This document shows, piece after piece, positions 9,440-19,184 of a stretch of DNA of 63,111 nt. The DNA lies in assembly GCA_013297765.1 (NCBI GenBank), contig JAAFID010000001.1, positions 1 through 63,111 of the forward strand, read 5' to 3'. The number at the start of each line of letters is the position of its first letter. Position 1 is the first letter of the stretch. Origin of the DNA: Cytophagales bacterium (GTDB taxonomy: Bacteria > Bacteroidota > Bacteroidia > Cytophagales > Cytophagaceae). The position numbers and the translations under genes were made by a program. The notes beneath the pieces were generated by a model that was not told the origin of the DNA, did not search any database, and saw nothing but the letters and a program-made list of their open reading frames with translations.

Positions 9440-11548
9440 ATGAGCGAACAAACAAAAGAGCCAATAGAAAACAAAGACTTGAAAGACAATAAGGAGTCTA
9501 AAGATGTGAAAGAACAACCTAAGAAAAAGCGTAAAAATATGCTTATTCCTCCACCCAAATCCAATTATCAGATGTGGGTAATAGGTGGGTTACTTTTGCT
9601 GGTGTTTGGCGTAATGTACATGTCGAAAAACAATGCTGCTGTAGATATTACTCAAAAAAGATTTGAAGAAATGTACCTCAGTCACGATGTGAAAGAAATC
9701 AACGTGATAAAGCCAGAATCCACGGTAGAAGTGACTCTGAAAGACGAGGCATTGAAAAATGAAAAATATAAAGAAATGCTCGCCAATCGCCCTGCGGGGT
9801 TTACTACTGGGCCACATTTTAAATTTCAAGTCATTTCTTCCGAATCTTTTAAAAATGATTTGGAAAAATTGGAAAGTAAAATGCCCAAAGACGAGCGAAT
9901 AGGCTATAAACTAGACCCAAGGGTGGATATATCTACTCCTCTTACTACTTGGGGTTTTATATTATTTCTATTGTTTGGGTTATGGTACATCATGCGTAGA
10001 ATGGGTGGTGCTGGCCCAGGAGGACAAATTTTCAATATTGGAAAATCTAAAGCTGCACTGTTCGATGCTGATAATAAAGTAAAAATAACCTTTGCCGATG
10101 TCGCAGGCTTAGAAGAAGGCAAAGAGGAAGTAAAAGAGATTGTTGATTTCCTTCAAAATCCTACAAAATTTACCAAACTGGGTGGAAAAATTCCTAAAGG
10201 AGCATTATTGGTAGGGCCTCCAGGTACTGGTAAAACATTGCTTGCAAAAGCAGTTGCTGGTGAAGCAGGAGTACCATTTTTCTCACTTTCTGGTTCAGAT
10301 TTCGTGGAGATGTTCGTGGGAGTGGGTGCTGCACGTGTGCGTGACCTATTCAAACAAGCCAAAGAAAAAGCACCTTGTATTATATTTATAGATGAGATTG
10401 ATGCGGTGGGTCGCTCTCGTGGGCGAGGGCAAATGCCAGGCTCGAACGATGAGCGAGAAAACACGCTTAATTCACTATTGGTAGAGATGGATGGTTTTGC
10501 CACAGATTCAGGAGTAATTATATTAGCTGCAACAAACCGACCTGATATACTTGACCCAGCATTGTTGCGTCCAGGTCGTTTTGATAGACAAATAAGCATT
10601 GACAAGCCAGACATCAATGGCAGAGAAGCCATATTCAAAGTGCATTTACAACCCCTAAAACTAGGGCCAGATGTAGACCCTAAAAAATTAGCGGCTCAAA
10701 CTCCTGGATTTGCTGGTGCAGAAATTGCCAACGTGTGCAACGAAGCAGCACTCATAGCCGCTCGAAAAGACAAAACTGAAGTGACGATGATTGACTTCCA
10801 AGACGCTGTAGACCGTGTCATTGGTGGGTTAGAGAAGAAAAACAAACTCATATCTCCAGAAGAAAAGAAAATAGTGGCTTACCACGAGGCTGGTCACGCA
10901 GTGGCAGGTTGGTATCTAGAACACGCAGATCCGTTGGTAAAAGTGAGTATAGTGCCTAGAGGCGTTGCTGCACTTGGTTATGCACAGTATTTGCCCAAAG
11001 AGCAATTTCTGTACACTATAGAGCAACTTACCGATGAAATGTGTATGTCGCTAGGTGGCAGGGCGGCCGAAGATATTGTTTTTGGTAAAATATCTACTGG
11101 CGCATTGAGCGATTTGGAGCGCATTACCAAAATGGCTTACGGCATGGTGACCATTTATGGTATGAATGATAAAATAGGGAATATCTCTTTTTATGATTCA
11201 AAAAGTGGCAACGATTACGCCTTTAATAAACCGTATTCTGAATCTACCTCACAAACGATAGATCAAGAAGTACGCAAAATAGTGGCGGATGCCTATGAAC
11301 GCACAAAGCAGTTGCTGAATTTGAAAAGAAACGAACTGGAAATAGTAGCCAAAGAACTGTTGAAAAAGGAAATTATTTTTCAATCAGATTTGGAAACTTT
11401 GATAGGAAAAAGACCCTATGAAAAGGAAACTACCTATCAGGCTTTTACCAACAATACCAACGGCGACGCAGAAAATAAAGCAACACCACCTGATACTTCT
11501 AGCGAGGTAGCTGTACCCGTGGAAGTGAAAAAAGTTTCAGAAAATTAA
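9440..11548 (+). CDS. ftsH: ATP-dependent zinc metalloprotease FtsH
   Basis: 702 aa. Two N-terminal TM helices, Walker [12 protein letters not shown] second region of homology, and zinc motif HEAGHA. Confidence 0.97.
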   Translation: MSEQTKEPIENKDLKDNKESKDVKEQPKKKRKNMLIPPPKSNYQMWVIGGLLLLVFGVMYMSKNNAAVDITQKRFEEMYLSHDVKEINVIKPESTVEVTLKDEALKNEKYKEMLANRPAGFTTGPHFKFQVISSESFKNDLEKLESKMPKDERIGYKLDPRVDISTPLTTWGFILFLLFGLWYIMRRMGGAGPGGQIFNIGKSKAALFDADNKVKITFADVAGLEEGKEEVKEIVDFLQNPTKFTKLGGKIPKGALLVGPPGTGKTLLAKAVAGEAGVPFFSLSGSDFVEMFVGVGAARVRDLFKQAKEKAPCIIFIDEIDAVGRSRGRGQMPGSNDERENTLNSLLVEMDGFATDSGVIILAATNRPDILDPALLRPGRFDRQISIDKPDINGREAIFKVHLQPLKLGPDVDPKKLAAQTPGFAGAEIANVCNEAALIAARKDKTEVTMIDFQDAVDRVIGGLEKKNKLISPEEKKIVAYHEAGHAVAGWYLEHADPLVKVSIVPRGVAALGYAQYLPKEQFLYTIEQLTDEMCMSLGGRAAEDIVFGKISTGALSDLERITKMAYGMVTIYGMNDKIGNISFYDSKSGNDYAFNKPYSESTSQTIDQEVRKIVADAYERTKQLLNLKRNELEIVAKELLKKEIIFQSDLETLIGKRPYEKETTYQAFTNNTNGDAENKATPPDTSSEVAVPVEVKKVSEN

Positions 11549-11566
11549 AATTAACAATACATTTTA

Positions 11567-11602
11567 AAGGCACTTAACAACTACTGTTTAGTGCCTTTTT
11601 TA
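11567..11602 (+). terminator. rho-independent terminator after ftsH
   Basis: Stem AAGGCACTTAAC / GTTTAGTGCCTT (one mismatch) followed by T6. Confidence 0.55.
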
Positions 11603-11627
11603 TTATCCATCATCAACATATTTATTC

Positions 11628-12521
11628 ATGCAATTGCTTGACCCCAAAAATTTTTCAGAATACGAATTGTTAGATTCTGGAAACTATAAAAAGCTAGAAC
11701 GTTTTGGCTCTATCATTACCAGTCGCCCCGAACCACAAGCTATTTGGGATTGTTCGCTTTCAGAAGCAGAGTGGAATAAATTAGCTCATGCCACTTTCAA
11801 AAAAGAGAAACAACACGATTTGGCAGGTGAGCGAGGCGAGTGGGTTTTGAAAAATGGTATTGAAAATAATTGGTACATCAATTACAATCATGCTGGGCTA
11901 AAGATTCGGTTTCGTTTGGGCTTTTCATCTTTCAAACACGTGGGTATATTTCCCGAACAAGGTGCCAACTGGGATTATATTTACCACAATGTTTCCAAAA
12001 TGAAATCGGCAGAAAAACGTGTGTTGAACCTATTTGCCTATACCGGCGGAGCATCGCTTGCCGCTAAGGCTGCAGGTGCTGACATTTTACACGTGGACTC
12101 TATAAAACAAGTAGTATCGTGGGCTAGAGGGAATATGGAAGCCAGCAACCTGACCGACATTCGCTGGGTGATAGAAGATGCCATGAAATTTGTAAAGCGA
12201 GAAGCCAAGCGAGGCAAGCTATACCAAGGAATTATGCTAGACCCACCCTCTTACGGGCATGGTGCAGCAGGTGAAAAGTGGGTGATAGAAGAACACCTCA
12301 AAGAAATGCTCACCACCTGCAAAGAAATACTAGACCCTAAAGAACATTTTTTTATACTTAACCTTTACTCTACAGGCTTCTCTTCGCTAGTAATTGAGAC
12401 CTTGCTCAACGGCATTTACGCCACACCCAAGAATTTGGAAATAGGATCGCTGTACCTCATAGACAAGTTTGCAAAAAAACTTCCTATGGGCAATTATGGC
12501 AGGTTTAGCAATATTGGGTAG
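11628..12521 (+). CDS. class I SAM-dependent methyltransferase (RlmI/YwbD-like catalytic domain)
   Basis: 297 aa. Motif I LNLFAYTGGASLAAKAAG and motif IV MLDPPSYGHG. Resembles the methyltransferase core of the rRNA m5C methyltransferase family, but the target is not assignable. Confidence 0.7.
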   Translation: MQLLDPKNFSEYELLDSGNYKKLERFGSIITSRPEPQAIWDCSLSEAEWNKLAHATFKKEKQHDLAGERGEWVLKNGIENNWYINYNHAGLKIRFRLGFSSFKHVGIFPEQGANWDYIYHNVSKMKSAEKRVLNLFAYTGGASLAAKAAGADILHVDSIKQVVSWARGNMEASNLTDIRWVIEDAMKFVKREAKRGKLYQGIMLDPPSYGHGAAGEKWVIEEHLKEMLTTCKEILDPKEHFFILNLYSTGFSSLVIETLLNGIYATPKNLEIGSLYLIDKFAKKLPMGNYGRFSNIG

Positions 12522-12792
12522 AGGGAGATTTATATTTTTTGTCAAATCGTAATTTCCAATTCTCTTTATAATAAACGCATACAACTCTCGAAAAATCAAA
12601 TTCGAAAAGCTCTGGACAATATGCAGGTTAGTTATATCAAAAATAAACACGACCTGTTCTACCTTAGGTCAGCCCGCAAAGACGATATTGACGCCCTTGT
12701 CAATAGAATGGGGCACAAGAAACTTCCCAACACCGTCACCCAACAAGAAATCAAAAATTATCTTTAAGTGTAGTACACGCCCCAGTTTTAAC

Positions 12793-13818
12793 CTACATTT
12801 CGTACTTTACATATTTTTCCCACTTTGCTATCAAGGCAGTAAAATCGGCGGGTAGCTCGCATTCAAAAAACATTTTCTGCTTCGTTTTTGGGTGAATAAA
12901 CCCTAGCGACTTGGCGTGTAGCGACTGCCGTGGCATGATGGCAAAGCAATTGGCTACAAACTGGCGGTATTTGGTAAAGGTAGTTCCTTTTAAAATTCTA
13001 TCGCCACCATAGGTAACATCGTTGAATAGTGGATGGCCTATGTATTTCATGTGTGCCCTAATTTGGTGTGTACGTCCAGTTTCTAGATTACACTTCAGCA
13101 GACTTACATAGCCATAATCTTTAATCATTTCGTAGTGGGTAATGGCGTGCTTGCCTATCGTTTCATCTTCATAGACGGTGGTAACTTTTCGGTCTTTGAG
13201 GCTGCGACCTAGGTTGGCACGCACTGTACCTTTTTCTGCGGGTACACCCCACACCATGGCAATATAGGTACGCTCGATACTGTGGTCAAAAAATTGTTTT
13301 GCCAAATGTGCCATAGCAATTTCTGTTTTTGCAATAACTAAAAGCCCCGAGGTGTCTTTATCTATGCGGTGTACCAACCCTGGGCGACCTACACCGTTGC
13401 GGGTAGTGGGCAGATTTTCGAAATGGTAAGCCAAGGCATTGACCAATGTGCCACTCCAGTTGTTGTAGGCTGGGTGTACTACCATGCCAGCTACTTTGTT
13501 TACTACCAGTAGCTCGTCGTCTTCATATACTATATTTAGTGGTATGTTTTCGGGTAGCACTACATCGTCTCTGGGTGGCTCGGGCAAGGAAACGGTGATT
13601 AAATCTAATGGTTTTATTTGGTAGCTGGCCTTGGTAGCCAATCCATTGACCAGCACTGCCTCGGCTTCTATGGCTTGCTGCACTTTACTACGTGTAGCAT
13701 TTTCAATCCTTGCCATCAAAAATTTATCTATGCGCAAAGGGCTTTGTCCTTTATCTACCACTATGCGGTGATGCTCGTACAGATCGCCGTCTTCTGCTAT
13801 GTCTAATTCTTCACTCAT
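12793..13818 (-). CDS. rluD: RluA-family 23S rRNA pseudouridine synthase (RluD-like)
   Basis: 341 aa. N-terminal S4 RNA-binding domain and catalytic motif HRIDKDTSGLLVIAK. Confidence 0.9.
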   Translation of the reverse strand: MSEELDIAEDGDLYEHHRIVVDKGQSPLRIDKFLMARIENATRSKVQQAIEAEAVLVNGLATKASYQIKPLDLITVSLPEPPRDDVVLPENIPLNIVYEDDELLVVNKVAGMVVHPAYNNWSGTLVNALAYHFENLPTTRNGVGRPGLVHRIDKDTSGLLVIAKTEIAMAHLAKQFFDHSIERTYIAMVWGVPAEKGTVRANLGRSLKDRKVTTVYEDETIGKHAITHYEMIKDYGYVSLLKCNLETGRTHQIRAHMKYIGHPLFNDVTYGGDRILKGTTFTKYRQFVANCFAIMPRQSLHAKSLGFIHPKTKQKMFFECELPADFTALIAKWEKYVKYEM

Positions 13819-13865
13819 GCTTAATTTTTCTTAACTTTGGCAAGTTAGCAATTATATCCTGCATA

Positions 13866-14783
13866 TTGAGTATTGTTTCACTTCCCCCATCGCCTTTGCA
13901 ACCCCTCATTTGTGACGAAATTGAGGCGGCAGGCATACAACTTTTTATCAAGCGAGACGATTTGCTGCATCCACTGGTATCGGGCAATAAATGGAGAAAA
14001 TTGAAGTACAACTTATTAGAAATGAAGCGTCAAGAGAAGGGTACTTTGCTTACTTTTGGCGGTGCCTATTCCAATCATATTTATGCTACCGCTGCTGCTG
14101 GAAAATTATTTGGGTTTAATACTATTGGTTTTATTCGTGGTGAAGCACATACACCATTAAATAGTACACTTGCCTATGCCACTGCTGCGGGCATGGAACT
14201 TCATTATTTGAATAGAGAAACTTATAGAAATAAAGACGAAAGTAAATTTGTAGAAAATTTAAAATCCAGATTTCAACATTGTTATCTGCTGCCCGAAGGT
14301 GGCAGCAATGAATTTGCCGTGCAGGGCTGTGCCGAATTGGTACCAGAAATCAACATTCCATTCGACACTATATGTGCTGCATGTGGCACTGGTGCTACCT
14401 TCGCTGGAATAATTGAAGGATTACAACCCCACCAAAAGGCAATTGGCTTTTCGGCCCTTCATGCAGATGGGTACTTTGAAACCGAAATCAATCGCTATTT
14501 GAACTTAGCATCGCCTACAGCCGCAAACTATAGTATCTTTTACAACTACCATTTGGGTGGCTATGCTAGAGTGACTAAGGAATTGGTATATTTTATGGAT
14601 TGGTTTAAAGACACTTTCGACATTCAGCTAGACCCGGTGTACACTGGCAAATTGATGTATGGTATATTTGACCTTATCAAAAAAAGATATTTTACCCCAG
14701 GTAGCAGCGTAGTTGCCGTTCACACTGGCGGGCTACAAGGATTAGAGGGAATGAAAGAAAAAATGGAAAAGTGTAGGCAATAA
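13866..14783 (+). CDS. PLP-dependent 1-aminocyclopropane-1-carboxylate deaminase / D-cysteine desulfhydrase family protein
   Basis: PLP-lysine motif SGNKWRKLKYNL and tryptophan-synthase-beta-like fold pattern. The track ATG at 13710 overlaps the rluD 5' end by 109 nt and encodes junk-like sequence. The in-frame TTG at 13866 is a better start, but this is uncertain. Confidence 0.75.
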   Translation: MSIVSLPPSPLQPLICDEIEAAGIQLFIKRDDLLHPLVSGNKWRKLKYNLLEMKRQEKGTLLTFGGAYSNHIYATAAAGKLFGFNTIGFIRGEAHTPLNSTLAYATAAGMELHYLNRETYRNKDESKFVENLKSRFQHCYLLPEGGSNEFAVQGCAELVPEINIPFDTICAACGTGATFAGIIEGLQPHQKAIGFSALHADGYFETEINRYLNLASPTAANYSIFYNYHLGGYARVTKELVYFMDWFKDTFDIQLDPVYTGKLMYGIFDLIKKRYFTPGSSVVAVHTGGLQGLEGMKEKMEKCRQ

Positions 14784-14899
14784 ATGTTTATGTGATGACA
14801 ACAGCTTGTTATATTGATTAGGATAGTAGCTGTTTTAACTAATATAAATTCCTACTTTTAAGTCGAAATCAAAAAATGCTCTCGCTAATCCTTTTTTAA

Positions 14900-15577
14900 A
14901 TGAACAAATATTCGATAATACCTGCTACCTTAGAAGATGCAACATTGATAGCTGAATTTATTGGTGAACTATTGGATGACTTTAACCTCAAAAGCGGGGC
15001 AAATTTTAACATAGATTTAACTGAAATAAAAACTACTTGCCAGCAATTATTGCCTAGAGAAAATTTTGCGGCTTTTATTGCCATAGAAACGCTGGGCTTA
15101 GTACCCATAGGCATGATTACCATAGCACAAGCCACCGCAATCTACAATGGAGGCGACTTTGGTGTCATTACCGAACTGTATGTGAAAAAAAATTATAGAA
15201 GTACTGGCATAGGGAAGCTACTCATCAATGAAGCCATTGCCTTTGCAAAAAGCAAGCATTGGAAAAAAGTAGAAGTTGGTGCCCCTAGCAAAACCGATTG
15301 GCCTAGAACAATAGAATTTTACAAAAAGAATGGATTCGAAGAAAAAGGCCCAAAACTGATAATCAATATTTTAACAAAATACCTCGCAAAGTGCGAACGC
15401 CTCTCACCTTTTTTAATCAATAAAATCAATGGCAGACAAGAACGATTTAGATTTTACCTATACCACAATAGACGAAATATTTCGGCTAAGTATGGGCGAA
15501 AACAGCGACTACAGTGGTGCCAAGTACGATGGCGATTTTTCCATGACCCTAGAGCAGGCTCAAAAAGCAAAACATAA
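14900..15577 (+). CDS. GNAT family N-acetyltransferase (3' end uncertain)
   Basis: The GNAT fold is complete by about aa 157 (motif A RSTGIGKLLINEAIAFA; NGFEEKG). The last roughly 70 aa are very basic, look out-of-frame, and overlap the next gene by 149 nt. Confidence 0.7.
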   Translation: MNKYSIIPATLEDATLIAEFIGELLDDFNLKSGANFNIDLTEIKTTCQQLLPRENFAAFIAIETLGLVPIGMITIAQATAIYNGGDFGVITELYVKKNYRSTGIGKLLINEAIAFAKSKHWKKVEVGAPSKTDWPRTIEFYKKNGFEEKGPKLIINILTKYLAKCERLSPFLINKINGRQERFRFYLYHNRRNISAKYGRKQRLQWCQVRWRFFHDPRAGSKSKT

Positions 15578-16334
15578 ATTTATAGCCGATAGCCTGAACA
15601 TACATAAAGGTAGCAAAGTGCTAGATATGGCTTGCGGCTGGGCACCATTTACCAACTACATTACCAAAGAAAGAGGGGCTACCAGCCTAGGCCTTACCCT
15701 GTCTCAAGGGCAAGCCAATGCCTGCCAAAATAATGGATTTAATGTGATAGTGAAAGATTGCCGCTATGTAAAGCCAGAAGACTTCGGCACGTTCGATGCC
15801 ATAGTGTGTATAGGTGGGCTAGAACATTTTTGTTCGGTAGAAGAATGGCAAAAGGGCAATCAAGAAAAAATATACAAAGATTTTTTTCAAACACTCTACA
15901 ACCTATTGCCTCTAGGTGGTAGATTTTATATGCAAACCATGACATTTAGCAAAAACATGGTAGATTTTAAAGATATAGACATAGATGCCGAAAAAGGTTC
16001 ACCAGCCCATGTATGTGCATTGATGGTAAAAGAATTTCCAGGCTCGTGGTTGCCTTATGGCCCAGAGATGGTGATTAGAAATGCAGAGCCATTGTTCAAA
16101 TTAATATCTCAAAGTAGCGGTAGATTGGATTATATTCAAACTATTGGACAATGGAGAAAAAAATTCAGGGCATTTAATTTGAAAAAATATTTGCTTTACC
16201 TTTCTCTTATTCCCAAGTTTCTTACCGACAAAGAGTTTAGGCATCAAGTAGCTATTTTCAGGGTTAGCCCCAATAGGGTTTGCTTTGAAAAAGAAGTGAT
16301 GGATCACTTTAGGCTGGTATTTGAAAAAGTATAG
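15429..16334 (+). CDS. cyclopropane-fatty-acyl-phospholipid synthase-like SAM-dependent methyltransferase
   Basis: 301 aa. N-terminal YSGAKYDGDFSMTLEQAQKAKHKFI and SAM motif I VLDMACGWAPF, typical of the CFA/mycolic-acid cyclopropane synthase family. Confidence 0.8.
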   Translation: MADKNDLDFTYTTIDEIFRLSMGENSDYSGAKYDGDFSMTLEQAQKAKHKFIADSLNIHKGSKVLDMACGWAPFTNYITKERGATSLGLTLSQGQANACQNNGFNVIVKDCRYVKPEDFGTFDAIVCIGGLEHFCSVEEWQKGNQEKIYKDFFQTLYNLLPLGGRFYMQTMTFSKNMVDFKDIDIDAEKGSPAHVCALMVKEFPGSWLPYGPEMVIRNAEPLFKLISQSSGRLDYIQTIGQWRKKFRAFNLKKYLLYLSLIPKFLTDKEFRHQVAIFRVSPNRVCFEKEVMDHFRLVFEKV

Positions 16335-16351
16335 CTTCATAGCTTCTCTTT

Positions 16352-16398
16352 TATTGTTTCTCTTACAGCCATATTTTATGGCTGTAAGAGAAACAATA
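16352..16398. terminator. 22-bp perfect inverted repeat (strong hairpin) between convergent genes
   Basis: TATTGTTTCTCTTACAGCCATA-TTT-TATGGCTGTAAGAGAAACAATA, followed by T5 on the plus strand. Lies between the methyltransferase gene (+) and a small minus-strand ORF. Confidence 0.75.
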
Positions 16399-16418
16399 TT
16401 TTTAGATTGTAAAATAGA

Positions 16419-16550
16419 TTACAATTGTTGCTGTGTTGGTTTCTTTTTCTGCCAAGGCTTGCTGGTGCGGCTGTACATATCATAGGCGAGATACATCATC
16501 AATAGGGTAAAACCTATGGCAATAAAGAGCAGTACTTTATTTTTCTTCAT
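16419..16550 (-). CDS. unannotated 43-aa single-pass membrane protein
   Basis: My own translation: MKKNKVLLFIAIGFTLLMMYLAYDMYSRTSKPWQKKKPTQQQL. Below the ORF-track size cutoff. Its ATG lies 2 nt after the stop of the upstream ORF 16553..17119 on the same strand. Confidence 0.45.
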   Translation of the reverse strand: MKKNKVLLFIAIGFTLLMMYLAYDMYSRTSKPWQKKKPTQQQL

Positions 16551-16552
16551 TG

Positions 16553-17119
16553 TTAATAGTAGTTTACACTGGTTCGGTATGCCCCATAGCGTTCACCTCT
16601 AGTTTTGCCAGCCTTGCCCAAATATTTGTTTGAATTGAATATAAAAACGATTCCTGTTACTGTAGCACCAAAACCGCCCAAAACCAGCAGTGCAGCTTCT
16701 TGGGGAACAGGTGTGCCTGGATTGGTACTTGCAAATATTGCATTGCCTAGGCTAGAGGCAATAGTTCCTCCTATCAATAACAACATGCCTAGTTTAAACT
16801 TTTTGTGCGATTTGAACAGATTGGTCTGTATCCCTGCAACAACATTTTTATTGTTATCTACTTCTTTTCTTAACGCAATCAATTCTCTTTTTAAGGAATC
16901 TAAACTAGGTGACGAAATATTAGTTTTCGCTTGCTCGCCTAGCGCTTCGTTCACAACTATAGACACAGCATTGCCTTTGTTCTGATTGTTGTAAATGGTA
17001 TCTGGCTTTTGTTTGGAAGAGAAATCTACAATGGTTTCTTTCTGCTGACCAACAGCGGTAAGACCTGTAAGGGTTGCCAATAATAAACTTATAAATATTT
17101 TATTAAGTAAAAATTTCAT
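16553..17119 (-). CDS. hypothetical exported/membrane protein
   Basis: 188 aa. Signal peptide MKFLLNKIFISLLLATLTGLTAVGQ, a short coiled segment, then two Gly-rich hydrophobic helices. I recognise no family. Confidence 0.55.
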   Translation of the reverse strand: MKFLLNKIFISLLLATLTGLTAVGQQKETIVDFSSKQKPDTIYNNQNKGNAVSIVVNEALGEQAKTNISSPSLDSLKRELIALRKEVDNNKNVVAGIQTNLFKSHKKFKLGMLLLIGGTIASSLGNAIFASTNPGTPVPQEAALLVLGGFGATVTGIVFIFNSNKYLGKAGKTRGERYGAYRTSVNYY

Positions 17120-17328
17120 CGTGGTAAAGTTAAAAGGTGGCTCTGATATTAAACTACAATATTACAACAATGTGGCGTATGGAATAAATTTTAACGCTGT
17201 TTTTATGTTGTCGAAGGTTTATTTCAAATACTTTTATTTTCATCAAATACTTACACTTTCATTTTACAGTTGTTTTAAAAGGTTATTTTTAGGTTAGAAA
17301 CAATATTTTAATCGTTACTAAAGAGGTT

Positions 17329-19173
17329 GTGAAGTTAAAAACAGAAATCTTACTGGTATTTTTAATAGTAGGTGCTTGCCTTACTATTGGTACAGGGGTA
17401 TTGTATTTCTACAACGCAAGACAAATAATATTAGAAGCCGCCAGCAACCAACTAGAATCATTGTCGGCAACCAAAAAACATAGATTAGAAAGTATTATTT
17501 ATAAAAAACAAGAAGAATTAAGGCTGGTGCAGTCTCGCCTTTTTCAAGCAGAATATCTATACCAGTACAATGTATTTGGGCAGCTAAGTGATACGGTGGC
17601 ACAAAGCGACAGGCGGCTCATTACTAAAAATATAAAAAAACTTACGCACGATATAGAGAGCTTCAAAAATATACATGTACTGAACAAAGAGGGGATTGTA
17701 ATAGCCTCTACCGATTCAGGTTCTATCCATTTCAATTTTTCATATTTCGACTTTGTGCAAAAAGCGCTGAAATTGGAAAATAGTATTTACCCCATCATTG
17801 ATTACAAAACAGATGATATTTACCTGTGCCTAGCAGGCCCTATTTACTATAAGCAAAAACTGCAAGGTGCACTGCTGATAGAAACTACCACGGCCGACCT
17901 TGCCACCCTTACTGGCGACTATACTGGGCTTGGCAACACAGGCGAAACTACTATTGGTCAGTTGCTGGCCGATACCGTTGCCTGCTTTATCACCCCCACT
18001 AGAAACAAAGAGTGTAAATTTGAAAAAGTATTTTTAAATAAAATCGAACCCCAGTCTATTTTCTTGGCATTGGCTGGCAACGAAAAATTATTTCTCAATG
18101 TGCTAGATTACAATCATAAAAGAGTGGCCGCTTCATGCCGCTACATTGCTGCTACACAGTGGGGCATAGTGACCAAAATAGATATGGACGAGTTGATGGC
18201 ACCAGCCGAGGCATTGAAGTGGATGAGCATTCGGATTGGCTTGGGGGCATTGTTTTTTTTATTTCTCGTGTCGATGATATTGGCCAGTAGTATTGTAAAG
18301 CCTATCAATAAAATATCTGAGGTGGCTCGAAAAGTGAGTCAAGGCGACTGGTCGCAGCAGGTGCGTATTCACAGTAATAATGAGCTTGGCGACCTCGCAG
18401 TTAGCTTCAACCGAATGACCAAAAGCTTGATTGAAGCACAAGAAAACTTAGAATTGAAAATTGAAGAATTGGACAAGTCTAATGTTTCCTTAGAAAAATT
18501 TGCCTTTGTGGTATCGCACGATTTACGGTCGCCACTCAATTCTGTACTAGGTATTGCAGAGTTGCTGGGCACAGGCAACATGGGTTCGCTAAACGACGAT
18601 GGTTTGCAGATGCTAAAATTAATGCAAAACAAAATAGAACACATGAAAGGCATGATAGCTGGAATACTAGAATTTGCCCGACTCAACCACCAACTACCCA
18701 CTCACGAAGTGGTAGATTTGGAATTGTTAATAGCTCGCCTCAAATCTCTTGACTGTGGCAATGTAGCTATAGAAGTAGCCCAAGAACTACCCCCACTAAA
18801 TATGAATACTGTAGTAGCCGAACAGCTTTTCCAAAACCTTTGGAGCAATGCTGTAAAGTATAATAAAAGCGAACAAAAGAAGATTGTTTTTAGTGCATAT
18901 CAAAGCGAAAATGACACGGTGTATTCAGTAACTGACAATGGCATAGGCATAGGAGTGTCTCATTTTGATACCATATTTGAAATTTTTCACACGGTAGGCC
19001 CTAAGGGTAGCGACAGCACCGGTATAGGTCTAGCCATAGTGAAAAAAATAGTAGAAAGTTACGGCGGCAAAATATGGATTAAATCTCAATTAGGCGAGGG
19101 CAGCACATTTTTCTTTACGCTACCTTATGCACAAGTAAATAGTACCATAAAACAAGTGCTACAAACCTACTGA
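17329..19173 (+). CDS. sensor histidine kinase (periplasmic Cache-like domain, HAMP, HisKA, HATPase)
   Basis: 614 aa. Two TM helices flank an extracytoplasmic domain of about 270 aa. Then HAMP, H-box FVVSHDLRSPLNS, N-box NLWSNAVKYN, G1 DNGIGI and G2 GTGIGLAIV. GTG start. No adjacent response regulator. Confidence 0.9.
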   Translation: MKLKTEILLVFLIVGACLTIGTGVLYFYNARQIILEAASNQLESLSATKKHRLESIIYKKQEELRLVQSRLFQAEYLYQYNVFGQLSDTVAQSDRRLITKNIKKLTHDIESFKNIHVLNKEGIVIASTDSGSIHFNFSYFDFVQKALKLENSIYPIIDYKTDDIYLCLAGPIYYKQKLQGALLIETTTADLATLTGDYTGLGNTGETTIGQLLADTVACFITPTRNKECKFEKVFLNKIEPQSIFLALAGNEKLFLNVLDYNHKRVAASCRYIAATQWGIVTKIDMDELMAPAEALKWMSIRIGLGALFFLFLVSMILASSIVKPINKISEVARKVSQGDWSQQVRIHSNNELGDLAVSFNRMTKSLIEAQENLELKIEELDKSNVSLEKFAFVVSHDLRSPLNSVLGIAELLGTGNMGSLNDDGLQMLKLMQNKIEHMKGMIAGILEFARLNHQLPTHEVVDLELLIARLKSLDCGNVAIEVAQELPPLNMNTVVAEQLFQNLWSNAVKYNKSEQKKIVFSAYQSENDTVYSVTDNGIGIGVSHFDTIFEIFHTVGPKGSDSTGIGLAIVKKIVESYGGKIWIKSQLGEGSTFFFTLPYAQVNSTIKQVLQTY

Positions 19174-19184
19174 AAAAATCAAAA

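Noticed and set aside
10153-10638. 161-aa ORF antisense to ftsH. Similar long antisense or shadow ORFs occur at 60380..60991 in maeB, 31644..32003 in gltD, 34066..34422 in gldM, 16605..16985, 36293..36517 and 46871..47194.
   Set aside because: Each lies entirely inside a confidently identified gene on the opposite strand. Their compositions are low-complexity or Ser/Pro/Ala-biased, typical of shadow frames. None shows a recognisable motif.
13710-13865. The track ATG start for the ACC-deaminase-family gene, giving a 52-aa N-terminal extension.
   Set aside because: The extension overlaps the rluD 5' end by 109 nt and is Cys/Leu-rich junk-like sequence. Family homology begins only after about residue 60. 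The in-frame TTG at 13866 is more plausible, though unproven.
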